A program made the position numbers and the translations under genes. From IMG/VR virus record IMGVR_UViG_3300001282_000003: a DNA stretch of 64,000 nt. The stretch is one strand, 5' to 3'. Positions 48,580 to 57,459 of the stretch are shown here, one piece after another (positions within the stretch are counted from its first letter, which is position 1; every line of letters starts with the position of its first letter). The notes beneath the pieces were generated by a model, which ran no database searches, was not told the DNA's origin, and saw nothing but the letters and a program-made list of their open reading frames with translations. This DNA comes from an uncultured virus (IMG/VR IMGVR_UViG_3300001282_000003) (lineage: Duplodnaviria > Heunggongvirae > Uroviricota > Caudoviricetes).

Positions 48580-48664
48580 GGTCGGGTGGTGGAATAGGTA
48601 GACACGAGGGACTTAAAATCCCTTGCCCCTAAAGGGCGTGCGGGTTCGATTCCCGCCTCGACTA
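48580..48664 (+). tRNA. trnL: tRNA-Leu(UAA)
   Basis: GGTCGGG/CTCGACT acceptor, GGTAGAC D-loop, CT-TAA-AA loop, long variable arm, GGTTCGATTCC; CCA not encoded. Confidence 0.93.
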
Positions 48665-48672
48665 CAAATATT

Positions 48673-48746
48673 GGTTGCGTAGCTCAGCTGGATAGAGCAA
48701 CTCACTTCTAATGAGTAGGTCACAGGTTCGAATCCTGTCGCGATCA
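48673..48746 (+). tRNA. trnR: tRNA-Arg(UCU)
   Basis: canonical cloverleaf, CT-TCT-AA loop; CCA not encoded. Confidence 0.95.
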
Positions 48747-48759
48747 CAAATCAAATAAA

Positions 48760-49017
48760 ATGAGAACATCAATACTATCAGTGGCTGCTTTAGGAATTCT
48801 ATCAATTGGTTTTATGTTTGGTTCAGTTGTATCAAACGGTAAACGTGAGAAGATAGAACAGTCTTATCAAAGTAAAATTGACTCACTAGGTCTTATAATT
48901 GAAGATAAAGACTGGCAAATTGAAGAATTAGAAAAAGAAATCTCTTTTAGAGAATCAGAAATTAGCTACTGGGGTCAAAAGTACGATTCGCTTCGATTCG
49001 AAGAAAATTGGCCCTAA
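48760..49017 (+). CDS. membrane-anchored coiled-coil protein
   Basis: N-terminal TM segment plus heptads. Confidence 0.65.
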   Translation: MRTSILSVAALGILSIGFMFGSVVSNGKREKIEQSYQSKIDSLGLIIEDKDWQIEELEKEISFRESEISYWGQKYDSLRFEENWP

Positions 49018-49105
49018 TAAAGTAGCCCTTGGGCCTCGTTAAGCCTCTTACCCTAGTGGTAACGTAACGAGTGGGAGTAGGGTAACACCGACGCCTCCCA
49101 AATTT

Positions 49106-49179
49106 GGTCCTGTAGCTCAGTTGGTTAGAGCAACTGACTCATAATCAGTAGGTCCACGGTTCGAGCCCGTGCGGGACCA
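49106..49179 (+). tRNA. tRNA with CAU anticodon, probably Ile2 (lysidine type) rather than Met
   Basis: canonical cloverleaf, GACTCATAATC arm; lacks initiator GGG/CCC; CCA not encoded. Confidence 0.9.
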
Positions 49180-49196
49180 CTAAAAAAGAAAAGAAT

Positions 49197-49379
49197 ATGA
49201 ATATGAATTTTATAAATGAAAACATCGAAGTTCTAACTCAGTTAGAAAAAGAATTTCCAAATAATATGGAGTTTGGAAATGCTATTAGAAGTAGATTTAT
49301 GGATGAAGAGTTCGTAAGAAGTCTACCCAATGACCAAGAGTTTGGTAAAGAAGTTAGAAAAATAATTAAAAATATCTAA
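49197..49379 (+). CDS. small protein with duplicated PNxxEFG motif
   Basis: FPNNMEFGNAIR and LPNDQEFGKEVR internal repeat. Confidence 0.65.
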   Translation: MNMNFINENIEVLTQLEKEFPNNMEFGNAIRSRFMDEEFVRSLPNDQEFGKEVRKIIKNI

Positions 49380-49449
49380 AATAAATTTTGTCGGTTCGAA
49401 AAAAGTTCCTACATTTGTATAAATAATTAAAAAACATAAAAAATAAGAT

Positions 49450-50589
49450 ATGGCTGAAATGACACAAAAATCCACAATGCCTCAATCAGTGATTGAGAAT
49501 CTTTCAAAGTTAACCGAGAAAGAGCGTAAATACTTTGCCGTGATGTGGGCAAAATATGGTGTATTGAATATTACATCTAAACCAGGCGTTGCGAAGTCTG
49601 CTATTGGTAAATCAATTGCCGATAAAATGAACTTCCGATATATGGATATTCGTTTGTCAATGGTTGACGAAACTGACGTGGGTTTGTATCCATCTATCAA
49701 CGAAATTGAAGTTGATGGTAAGATGGTTAAGTGTTTGGACTTCGTTGTTCCTCGTTGGGCAGTTGAAGCTAACAAGCAACCAACGATTATCCACTTTGAA
49801 GAGTTGAACCGTGCTTCTCAGCAAGTTCGTAATGCCGCTCTTCAAATCCTACTTGAGCGTCAGATTGGTACTGACTTCAAATTCAACGATAGCGTACTTA
49901 TGATGTCTTCTGGTAACTTAGGTGACGAAGACGGAACAGACGTTGAAGAGTTTGACTCTGCCTTGAACAACCGTTTGGTTCACATCAACCATACATTGTC
50001 AGTTGACGAGTGGATTAAAGACTTCGCGATGGATAACTGTCACAAGTTAATCACCTCTTTCATCAAAGCTCACCCAGAGCAAATGTACAAAGGTGCCACT
50101 GAGAACACAAAGGCTTACGCTACTCCACGTTCTTGGACTATGATGTCTAAGTTCATCACCGAAAACTTCGGTCAAGATGCTTCACCTCGTGAGTTCTTGC
50201 CTTTGTTGAAAGAGGTGGCAAGTGGTTACTTAGGTAACTCTGCTGTGAAGTTCGTTCAATACTGCGAAGATATGTTGAATATTTCTATCAACGATGTAAT
50301 CAACAACTACGACGGTATCAAGAAAGACCTTGAGAAGTACAACCGTGATAAGAACTCTGAATTGATTCAATCATTGAAAGAGATCGATATCACCAAGTTG
50401 AATAAGAAACAACTTGACAACGTTGTAAAGTTCTTGAACAACGTGGGTGATGATGAGAAAACCGCTTACTTGCTTTACATCTTAGATAACATCGCCGATG
50501 TAACGAACCCAACCTTGAAGACTTTCTTGCTTCAGTTCGAAGACCTTCTTCGTACTATCAAGAAAATCAACAAGCCTGGTAGTAAGTAA
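49450..50589 (+). CDS. MoxR-like AAA+ ATPase
   Basis: SKPGVAKS Walker A variant, IIHFEELNRA Walker B, SGN sensor, ALNNR Arg finger, TPRSW; TACATTTG promoter 49410-49417. Confidence 0.88.
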   Translation: MAEMTQKSTMPQSVIENLSKLTEKERKYFAVMWAKYGVLNITSKPGVAKSAIGKSIADKMNFRYMDIRLSMVDETDVGLYPSINEIEVDGKMVKCLDFVVPRWAVEANKQPTIIHFEELNRASQQVRNAALQILLERQIGTDFKFNDSVLMMSSGNLGDEDGTDVEEFDSALNNRLVHINHTLSVDEWIKDFAMDNCHKLITSFIKAHPEQMYKGATENTKAYATPRSWTMMSKFITENFGQDASPREFLPLLKEVASGYLGNSAVKFVQYCEDMLNISINDVINNYDGIKKDLEKYNRDKNSELIQSLKEIDITKLNKKQLDNVVKFLNNVGDDEKTAYLLYILDNIADVTNPTLKTFLLQFEDLLRTIKKINKPGSK

Positions 50590-50610
50590 TCAGAACCAGC
50601 CAATCTGATT

Positions 50611-50647
50611 AAAAAGGGGATGTCAGTATTGATATCCCCTTTTTTTC
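50611..50647 (+). terminator. intrinsic terminator
   Basis: AAAAAGGGGATGTCA-gtat-TGATATCCCCTTTTT. Confidence 0.85.
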
Positions 50648-50681
50648 TAAACAAATTATTCATAAATAGATATAATCTACA

Positions 50682-50948
50682 ATGGAAACATATCAAGTAC
50701 AACTGGTTCTAATAAATAAATTCGGTGAGTTCAAAGGAAAACCAGCGGATATTGACGAAGAAAAATATGACAATTTAATTAAAATGTCTAGAACATTTTA
50801 TGCCAGTGGTGGATTTGAATTAACATGTGAAGATGATTCATATGCTATATTTCCACCAAACATTGTAGAAGAATCTATATTAATAATAAATAAAAAAATC
50901 ATAACTGATATAACATCAGAAGAAGGAGAAGAAAATGTACAAGAGTAA
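50682..50948 (+). CDS. hypothetical protein
   Basis: 88 aa ORF heading an operon. Confidence 0.65.
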   Translation: METYQVQLVLINKFGEFKGKPADIDEEKYDNLIKMSRTFYASGGFELTCEDDSYAIFPPNIVEESILIINKKIITDITSEEGEENVQE

Positions 50949-51585
50949 GTTTAAACGTTTTGGAGGTGAATATATTCCAGACATAATAGAATACCTAAAG
51001 GACTATCTAAAAGATGATCCTACTGCTACGATTACAGTTGGTTGCGACTCTATTCAAAAGAGACGTAGAACTGTTTATGCTGTTACGATTATGATGTATA
51101 ATACAGATTTAAGAAATGGTGCTCACGTTATTTTCTTCCGTGAATCTTGTGATAAGATTAGAGATAATCAAGAAAGACTTTATAAAGAAGCTCAATATCT
51201 TCATGATGTTGGTGTTTATCTTGATGAAGAATTATCTAATTTTTATGAAAGAAAAGACTTAACTGAAATAGAAAGAAAAAGATATAAGTTTCACTTAGCC
51301 AAGTGTAATCACGAATATTCTCATGTACCACTACATCTTGAAGAAGGTGTAATGAATGCTATGAACTTAGTACCTGCTGATAGAATGTACTTTAGATTAG
51401 TTGATATTCATATTGACTTTAATCCAAATGAAGGAACTAAGAATGAAAGAGGTGTTAGTAAGAATAAGTCTTATGCTGCCTATAAAGCTTATGTGCCTTG
51501 GTTAAGAGGTATGGGATTCAGAACTTGGGCTAAGCCGCTTGCCTTTGGAGCCACAACAGCGGCAGATCTTTTACTTCAAGACTAA
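50935..51585 (+). CDS. RNase H-like YkuK (DUF458) family protein
   Basis: ITVGCDS, GAHV, RLYKEA, IHIDFN, KP..FGATTAAD. Confidence 0.8.
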   Translation: MYKSKFKRFGGEYIPDIIEYLKDYLKDDPTATITVGCDSIQKRRRTVYAVTIMMYNTDLRNGAHVIFFRESCDKIRDNQERLYKEAQYLHDVGVYLDEELSNFYERKDLTEIERKRYKFHLAKCNHEYSHVPLHLEEGVMNAMNLVPADRMYFRLVDIHIDFNPNEGTKNERGVSKNKSYAAYKAYVPWLRGMGFRTWAKPLAFGATTAADLLLQD

Positions 51586-51586
51586 T

Positions 51587-51898
51587 ATGTTTCAAATAAA
51601 TTCAATGCTATTAAGAAAAATGGGGTGGACTGATCACAGTTCACCTACATTTAATAGTCCTAGATTTGATGATAATGACTTGGTTAGATTTTATATCAGA
51701 CCAGAAACAATTTATTTTTTTATAAAAGAACTTTCAGAAGAAGAAAAACAAATATCAAAAAATTCATATAAATTTGTAATTGGTAAAAGAGAAATTCAAT
51801 TTGATTCTAATATAGAATTAATTAGATTAATAATTGAAAATGAAGCTTGTAACGAAGATTATAAAAGGCACTTTAAATTAAATAAAATATTAAGATGA
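51587..51898 (+). CDS. hypothetical protein with C-terminal tag
   Basis: start reassigned to 51587; ends KRHFKLNKILR. Confidence 0.65.
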   Translation: MFQINSMLLRKMGWTDHSSPTFNSPRFDDNDLVRFYIRPETIYFFIKELSEEEKQISKNSYKFVIGKREIQFDSNIELIRLIIENEACNEDYKRHFKLNKILR

Positions 51899-52497
51899 AA
51901 AAAGAAGTAAAAGTATTAGGTTTATCCTACAGTCAATCACAGTCAGGATCTTATGTTGTTGTTCTTTCTGAAAAGAAAGGCAAACGTAAATTACCTATCG
52001 TAATTAAACCATCAGACGCGCAACAAATCGCTTTGAAGATTGAAGGAGTTAAATCACCTAGACCTTTGACTCACGACTTGTTCAAAACAATCACAGATTC
52101 CTATCAAATTGATATTCAAGAAGTTTATATCTATGCTATCTTAGAAGGTATCTTCTATACTAAATTAATCACTTCAAATGGAGTTGAAGAAGCTGAGATT
52201 GATTGTACAGCGGGTGATGGTATTGCTTTATCTATTGTTTATGGTTGTCCTTTATATGCTTCTAAGGAAGTTTTAGATTTATCTGGTGTTTACATCAATG
52301 ACGATGGAAGTACTCTGGATAATTCAAATATCGAAGACATTGATGATTACGAAGAAGACATTGAAGAAACTCCAAAAAGAGTTGTTTCTATTGAAGACTT
52401 AGAACATATGATTGAAGATGCTATCAGAAATGAAGAGTATGAAATTGCGGCTGAAATTCGTGATAGAATTGAAAAATTAAAAAAAGAAGGTAACTAA
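51895..52497 (+). CDS. bifunctional nuclease (DUF151) with C-terminal UVR motif
   Basis: LPIVI...AQQIA, PRPLTHDL, D...DGIAL; EEYEIAAEIRD UVR motif. Confidence 0.9.
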   Translation: MKKEVKVLGLSYSQSQSGSYVVVLSEKKGKRKLPIVIKPSDAQQIALKIEGVKSPRPLTHDLFKTITDSYQIDIQEVYIYAILEGIFYTKLITSNGVEEAEIDCTAGDGIALSIVYGCPLYASKEVLDLSGVYINDDGSTLDNSNIEDIDDYEEDIEETPKRVVSIEDLEHMIEDAIRNEEYEIAAEIRDRIEKLKKEGN

Positions 52498-52498
52498 T

Positions 52499-53335
52499 AT
52501 GGCATTATCGTATATCGGTGGTAAATCGAAAATCGGAACTTGGATTAGAAATTACATTCCAAACAATATTGAAACTTATGTAGAACCATTCTCAGGGATG
52601 TTCTGGGTATTCTTTAAGTTGAATACACCAAGTTTCAAAAATCTTAAAACTGTTGTTTACAATGACGTAAACCCGTTAAATGTAAACTTATATCTTTGTC
52701 TTAAAGATTATAAGAAGTTTTGGGATATGACTCAAAACACACCAATTGAAAACAAAGAGTTATTCAATAAATGTAAATCAGATTTATTTGATACTGAGTT
52801 TGTATTAGATATGAATAACCCTAACTTTGATATTGCTATCAAGTATGCTTATGTTTTAAGTCAAGTTTGGTCTGGTACCGATCCTAAAAAAGGTAACCTA
52901 ATCTTAAAAGGTGGTTATGAAGGTAAAGATGGTGTTTATAAATCTAAGTTTGAAATCTTTAGAAGTAAACTAATTGATCCTAAATGGCACAGATACTTTG
53001 ATGCTATTACGAACATTGAGAATCTTGATTTTGAAGAAGTTATTAAGAAATATGATTCACCTACAACTTACTTCTATTGTGATCCACCATACTTCAAAAC
53101 CGAAGACTATTATATCAATCATGACTTTGGTATTCAAACACACGAAAGATTGGCTAATGCTTTGAAGGCTATGGAAGGTAGATTCTCATTAAGTTACTAT
53201 CATTTTGATTTATTAGATGATTGGTTTCCAAGAGAAGAATACACTTGGAAAGATAAAGAGTTTGCTAAGACCGCAATGGCTGTTCCTGGTAAGGCACAGA
53301 CTAAAGGTACCGAGATTCTAATAATGAACTACTAA
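52499..53335 (+). CDS. dam: DNA adenine methyltransferase (Dam/D12 class)
   Basis: YIGGKS, YVEPFSG, NDVN, YCDPPY. Confidence 0.9.
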   Translation: MALSYIGGKSKIGTWIRNYIPNNIETYVEPFSGMFWVFFKLNTPSFKNLKTVVYNDVNPLNVNLYLCLKDYKKFWDMTQNTPIENKELFNKCKSDLFDTEFVLDMNNPNFDIAIKYAYVLSQVWSGTDPKKGNLILKGGYEGKDGVYKSKFEIFRSKLIDPKWHRYFDAITNIENLDFEEVIKKYDSPTTYFYCDPPYFKTEDYYINHDFGIQTHERLANALKAMEGRFSLSYYHFDLLDDWFPREEYTWKDKEFAKTAMAVPGKAQTKGTEILIMNY

Positions 53336-53336
53336 G

Positions 53337-53675
53337 ATGATTATACTTACTTGTCAGTTAATCTTTGATAAAGGCGGTGAAAGAATACTTACCTCAGTTG
53401 TTTATGATGATATTACTGATAGATTTGTTAGAACGGCTCAAAAAATATCACCTGAATTAGTACAGGATTTAAATTCTAACAACCCTATGGTTGATATTAA
53501 TGATGTTGTTAGTTTAGATTATATTGATTATGTATTAGATGATGAAGAGTTAGAAGAAGTTATTGAAATGGTTGAAGATGGACCTGACAATGATATAATT
53601 AAAAAAGCAAAAGAATTTATTGTCTTCTATAAAAGAGATAAAAAAATAAAAAATATAATAGATGAAAAAGATTAA
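53337..53675 (+). CDS. hypothetical protein with C-terminal tag
   Basis: ends KRDKKIKNIIDEKD. Confidence 0.7.
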   Translation: MIILTCQLIFDKGGERILTSVVYDDITDRFVRTAQKISPELVQDLNSNNPMVDINDVVSLDYIDYVLDDEELEEVIEMVEDGPDNDIIKKAKEFIVFYKRDKKIKNIIDEKD

Positions 53676-54252
53676 GTCAGTTTTAATATCAGTTTTTGAT
53701 AAAGAAGGATTAGAACCATTAGTTAGAATATTAAATGATAATGGTGTAAGAATTTACTCAACCGGTGGTACAGAAAAATTTATTAATGACTTAGGGGTTA
53801 ATGTTATTTCTGTTGAAACAGTTACTGACTATCCATCTATCTTAGGTGGTAGAGTTAAAACTTTACATCCAAAAGTATTTGGTGGTATCTTAAATCGTAG
53901 AGAAAATGAAAAAGACCAATTAGAAATTTCAGCATTTGGAATTCCAGAAATTGATATGGTAATTGTTGATCTTTATCCTTTCTCAGAAACAGTTAAGAAT
54001 GAATCATCAACACATCAAGATATAATTGAGAAGATTGATATTGGTGGTGTTTCTTTAATCAGAGCCGCTGGTAAAAACTATAAAGATGTTCTTATTGTTT
54101 CAAATAAGGACCAATATTCTGATGTTTGTGAAATTTTAAGTACCCAAGAAGTCTCAACGTCATTAGAACAAAGAATGAAGTTTGCTGGTAAGTCATTTGA
54201 GTTAACTACTAAATATGATTCTGAAATAGCAGAATATTTTTATGAAATATAA
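53662..54252 (+). CDS. purH: IMP cyclohydrolase domain (stand-alone N-terminal half of PurH)
   Basis: LISVFDKEG, STGGT, GGRVKTLHP, DLYPF, IDIGGVSLIRAAGKN; AICAR transformylase domain absent. Confidence 0.9.
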   Translation: MKKIKSVLISVFDKEGLEPLVRILNDNGVRIYSTGGTEKFINDLGVNVISVETVTDYPSILGGRVKTLHPKVFGGILNRRENEKDQLEISAFGIPEIDMVIVDLYPFSETVKNESSTHQDIIEKIDIGGVSLIRAAGKNYKDVLIVSNKDQYSDVCEILSTQEVSTSLEQRMKFAGKSFELTTKYDSEIAEYFYEI

Positions 54253-54559
54253 GAAGATAATTAAAGAGTGGAAAGAAGCAACACCACAAGAAGTCTGGGA
54301 AGGAGTTAAAGATAACTTTCTTTTTGGATTTATTGGAGCTACTTTAGTTGTCTTCATTGCCACAAAAACAGACTTAGCTGTTTTGATTGGTTATATGGCT
54401 TACTATATGTTTATGGGTAAGATTGTTAATAGACCTAAGTATGTAACTGATTTAGGTAGAATGATTGTATTCCCTATCCCGTCTGCGTTAGGTGCTTTCA
54501 CTGGTTATAAACTATCATATTTAATGATAGAACTTTTAAATCAATTGATGGGAAGTTAA
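54242..54559 (+). CDS. membrane protein
   Basis: three hydrophobic segments. Confidence 0.7.
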   Translation: MKYKKIIKEWKEATPQEVWEGVKDNFLFGFIGATLVVFIATKTDLAVLIGYMAYYMFMGKIVNRPKYVTDLGRMIVFPIPSALGAFTGYKLSYLMIELLNQLMGS

Positions 54560-54596
54560 AAACTTTAATAAATAAGATATAAAAATATCTTTATTA

Positions 54597-54827
54597 ATGA
54601 AGTATAAACCCGGAGATGTCGTAATAAAAACCACTGGTGGAAATAAAATGACTGTCTTTGATAAAGTTAATGATAGTTATAAATGTCTTTGGTTTGTTGA
54701 AAGTTCAATGAATGAATCTGAGTTCAAAGAAGAAGAGATAGTCTCTCTAAATGAATATAAACGATTTCTAAAGACAGAAGAAAGAGAAGATAAGATTAAC
54801 CAACTTCTTAATTCTTTTACCAATTAA
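54597..54827 (+). CDS. YodC/DUF2158-like small protein with C-terminal tag
   Basis: YKPGDVV...GGNKMTV...CLWF; ends EREDKINQLLN. Confidence 0.72.
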   Translation: MKYKPGDVVIKTTGGNKMTVFDKVNDSYKCLWFVESSMNESEFKEEEIVSLNEYKRFLKTEEREDKINQLLNSFTN

Positions 54828-55578
54828 TATTTACTACTTCTGGATTTGAATAAAGTGATTTAGAATAATAGTTATCAAATATATTTCTATACTTTTGTTG
54901 CCAAATCTCTACATCTGGAATATTCATTTCAGTCATTTTTCTACCTAAACCAGTTGACATATAAGCTTGTAACTCATCTGGTAAAACGTGGTCAGCATAA
55001 CCATATTCAGTAATACACTTATACATCATATCTTTTACCGTAGGATCACACTCATCATTCATTTTAGACATTTCTGCCTTATATTCAGGTAAAGTAAACC
55101 ACATAGCGTGAGCAAATTCGTGTTCAAGTAAGCTATTTGATAACTCATCAACACCTAAAAGATAGTAGTTATGATCACCTTCTATTTCTTTAATTGTATT
55201 AATAGTTGATAACATTAATTTATCCCAGTTGTTTATTTCATCTTCTGGTATATTAAACATACACTCTTCTAATATATTTGAAGGAATGTTAAATCCAGAC
55301 CAATCAGAACCATATGTAAACTGTTGTTTACCATAGTGTTGTTTGTAGATATTTACAAAGTCTGTTACCTTAAATTGTTTACCAATAATTTCTTCAAATG
55401 AAGATTCATAAAACTCTTGAGGTCTCATAAACATTAATGCTCTAGTGTGAGAGTCTGGAGCCTTTATTGCCCAAATATGATCACCACAATGATACAATTC
55501 AATTTGAGCTGAAAAAAGATCTATCTCAGGTCTCATATTTAATTCTTCTAAGAACAGTTTATACTTTTTAATAATCAT
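54817..55578 (-). CDS. HExxH-containing protein with N-terminal capsid-targeting-like motif
   Basis: MIIKKYKLFLEE; HEFAH...DELQAY. Confidence 0.7.
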   Translation of the reverse strand: MIIKKYKLFLEELNMRPEIDLFSAQIELYHCGDHIWAIKAPDSHTRALMFMRPQEFYESSFEEIIGKQFKVTDFVNIYKQHYGKQQFTYGSDWSGFNIPSNILEECMFNIPEDEINNWDKLMLSTINTIKEIEGDHNYYLLGVDELSNSLLEHEFAHAMWFTLPEYKAEMSKMNDECDPTVKDMMYKCITEYGYADHVLPDELQAYMSTGLGRKMTEMNIPDVEIWQQKYRNIFDNYYSKSLYSNPEVVNINW

Positions 55579-55582
55579 AGTA

Positions 55583-56620
55583 TTATTTAATTTTTAACGA
55601 GTAAAGTTTTAGTATATTTCTTTGTATTCTATTACCAGCTCTATTGATTCTCTTTTGAATGAATGCTAAAAACTTATCAACTGACATAGCTTTAACAGAT
55701 TCACCCGATAAAGTAGGTTTGTCTTCTTCTCTACTAATAGAGCCCTCTCTATTTTTTATTAACTCATTAGCAAATCCATTTTTAACTCTTCTCAACATCA
55801 TTTCAACATCAGCATCTGGATAAACACTTAGTATCTTATCAGTCATTTTTTGTTTGAACTGATTAGCATCAAACTCTATCATCTTTGTAGCAAACTTCCA
55901 AGATGGTGCTTTTTCTTTTACTTCTTCTATATCATATCTTTTAACATAAGGATAAGCATCTTGAGTCATTGCGTTAATTTCATGAAGTTCACTCCAGTAA
56001 ACATAAAACCCAATCTCATCATACCAAATCTTCCAAATATCTTTTCTAATCTTAGCTCTATTAGCATCTAAAGCCCAAGTAACATCAGTTGATACTTGAC
56101 CTTTACCTTTTCTCATTCTATTCCAACCCTCATAACCGTGATTTAATTCGTGTGTTATAGAAGATTCAATCTCAAGAGATAATCCTTCTCTATCATTAAG
56201 AACATCGCTTACAATAGCACCAATCTCAAGTACTAAATGAAGAGTAGCATCTGATCTATCATCAATTGCTGGTTTGATTGCTGAACCACCTTCTTCACCA
56301 ATATTATAACAAGCACCAGTACCAATATATTTCTTTTTTGATGTTGGAAATCTTTTAATAAAATCTTCATCAGTCATTGTTTTAAGTGTGTAATTAACAG
56401 ACATTGATGAGATAGGATATTTGGACCAAATATCATTTTGAATAAATTGAGTTAAATCTTCTTGACTATATTCTTGAATGTGTGAATAATCTTTTTCACC
56501 GGATTCTAAAGCGATATCACAATACTTATTGAACTCATCTAATAAGAACTGATTGTAGATAAGAGTAGCTTCTGCTACACCGTGTGCTTCAAATAATTGA
56601 TATGATTTTAAGTGTTTCAT
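55583..56620 (-). CDS. HExxH putative metallopeptidase with N-terminal capsid-targeting-like motif
   Basis: MKHLKSYQLFEA; HELNH...EINA; AATATATA 56626-56633. Confidence 0.7.
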   Translation of the reverse strand: MKHLKSYQLFEAHGVAEATLIYNQFLLDEFNKYCDIALESGEKDYSHIQEYSQEDLTQFIQNDIWSKYPISSMSVNYTLKTMTDEDFIKRFPTSKKKYIGTGACYNIGEEGGSAIKPAIDDRSDATLHLVLEIGAIVSDVLNDREGLSLEIESSITHELNHGYEGWNRMRKGKGQVSTDVTWALDANRAKIRKDIWKIWYDEIGFYVYWSELHEINAMTQDAYPYVKRYDIEEVKEKAPSWKFATKMIEFDANQFKQKMTDKILSVYPDADVEMMLRRVKNGFANELIKNREGSISREEDKPTLSGESVKAMSVDKFLAFIQKRINRAGNRIQRNILKLYSLKIK

Positions 56621-56624
56621 TTCG

Positions 56625-57098
56625 TTATATATTAAAATAGACTAAGAACTTAACAGGTTTGTATTGTCCGTGACTAGCATTCAAATCCATTTTAACATCA
56701 TATCCGGATTCTATTAGTCTTGAATTAGCGGTTAACATATCATCAAATAATCTAATACCTTCATTACCAATTACAGTAGAACCAAATTCATTTGATTCAC
56801 CAGGTAGTTTAATATCAACGATGATACAAACTTTATCTAACTTCTTTGACTTAGTTCCTAATTCAGAAGTTGATATAATTACTGGTAATTGATAATCTAA
56901 AAATCTATTTACATCACCTCTTTTTGGATCGAAACTAATATATCCACCTCTTTCAAATCCAGGAGATACCATAGAGTATGATATAATACCCATATCTTCA
57001 AAATCTAAAAATACTTCTCTCACTTCAAGAAACTTACTTGAAATAATTTCTTTAGAATTACTTGTATTTTCATTAAAAGTAGACCAACGTTTAATCAT
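56625..57098 (-). CDS. hypothetical protein with N-terminal capsid-targeting-like motif
   Basis: starts MIKRWSTFNEN behind AATATATA 57103-57110. Confidence 0.65.
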   Translation of the reverse strand: MIKRWSTFNENTSNSKEIISSKFLEVREVFLDFEDMGIISYSMVSPGFERGGYISFDPKRGDVNRFLDYQLPVIISTSELGTKSKKLDKVCIIVDIKLPGESNEFGSTVIGNEGIRLFDDMLTANSRLIESGYDVKMDLNASHGQYKPVKFLVYFNI

Positions 57099-57114
57099 AT
57101 AATATATATTAAAT

Positions 57115-57459
57115 ATGAAACTCGATATCAATGAAGTTTACCACAATTATATAGTTAGAATAGTAATATTTGCTCTTTTTACTTTCAAAAGACAGATAAG
57201 ACAACCAAATATTTATAAGATTTCTGTTATAACTTTCACTATTAAAAGATTGCCTTGGAAAATTAATTTAGTAATTGATACTGGATTGAAATTAAATAAA
57301 GAAGATGAAAGAGAAATACTACTTAATGAATTATTAGAGGGTATTGAAACAGATTATTTATCAACAGTTGTTGTTACATTTGTGACACCATTAAAAGAAG
57401 TTACGATGAGTATTGATTTAAGTGATGAAGAAAAGTATGAACACTATCTTTATTCTTAA
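57115..57459 (+). CDS. hypothetical protein
   Basis: 114 aa; internal EREILLNELL resembles the tag. Confidence 0.55.
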   Translation: MKLDINEVYHNYIVRIVIFALFTFKRQIRQPNIYKISVITFTIKRLPWKINLVIDTGLKLNKEDEREILLNELLEGIETDYLSTVVVTFVTPLKEVTMSIDLSDEEKYEHYLYS

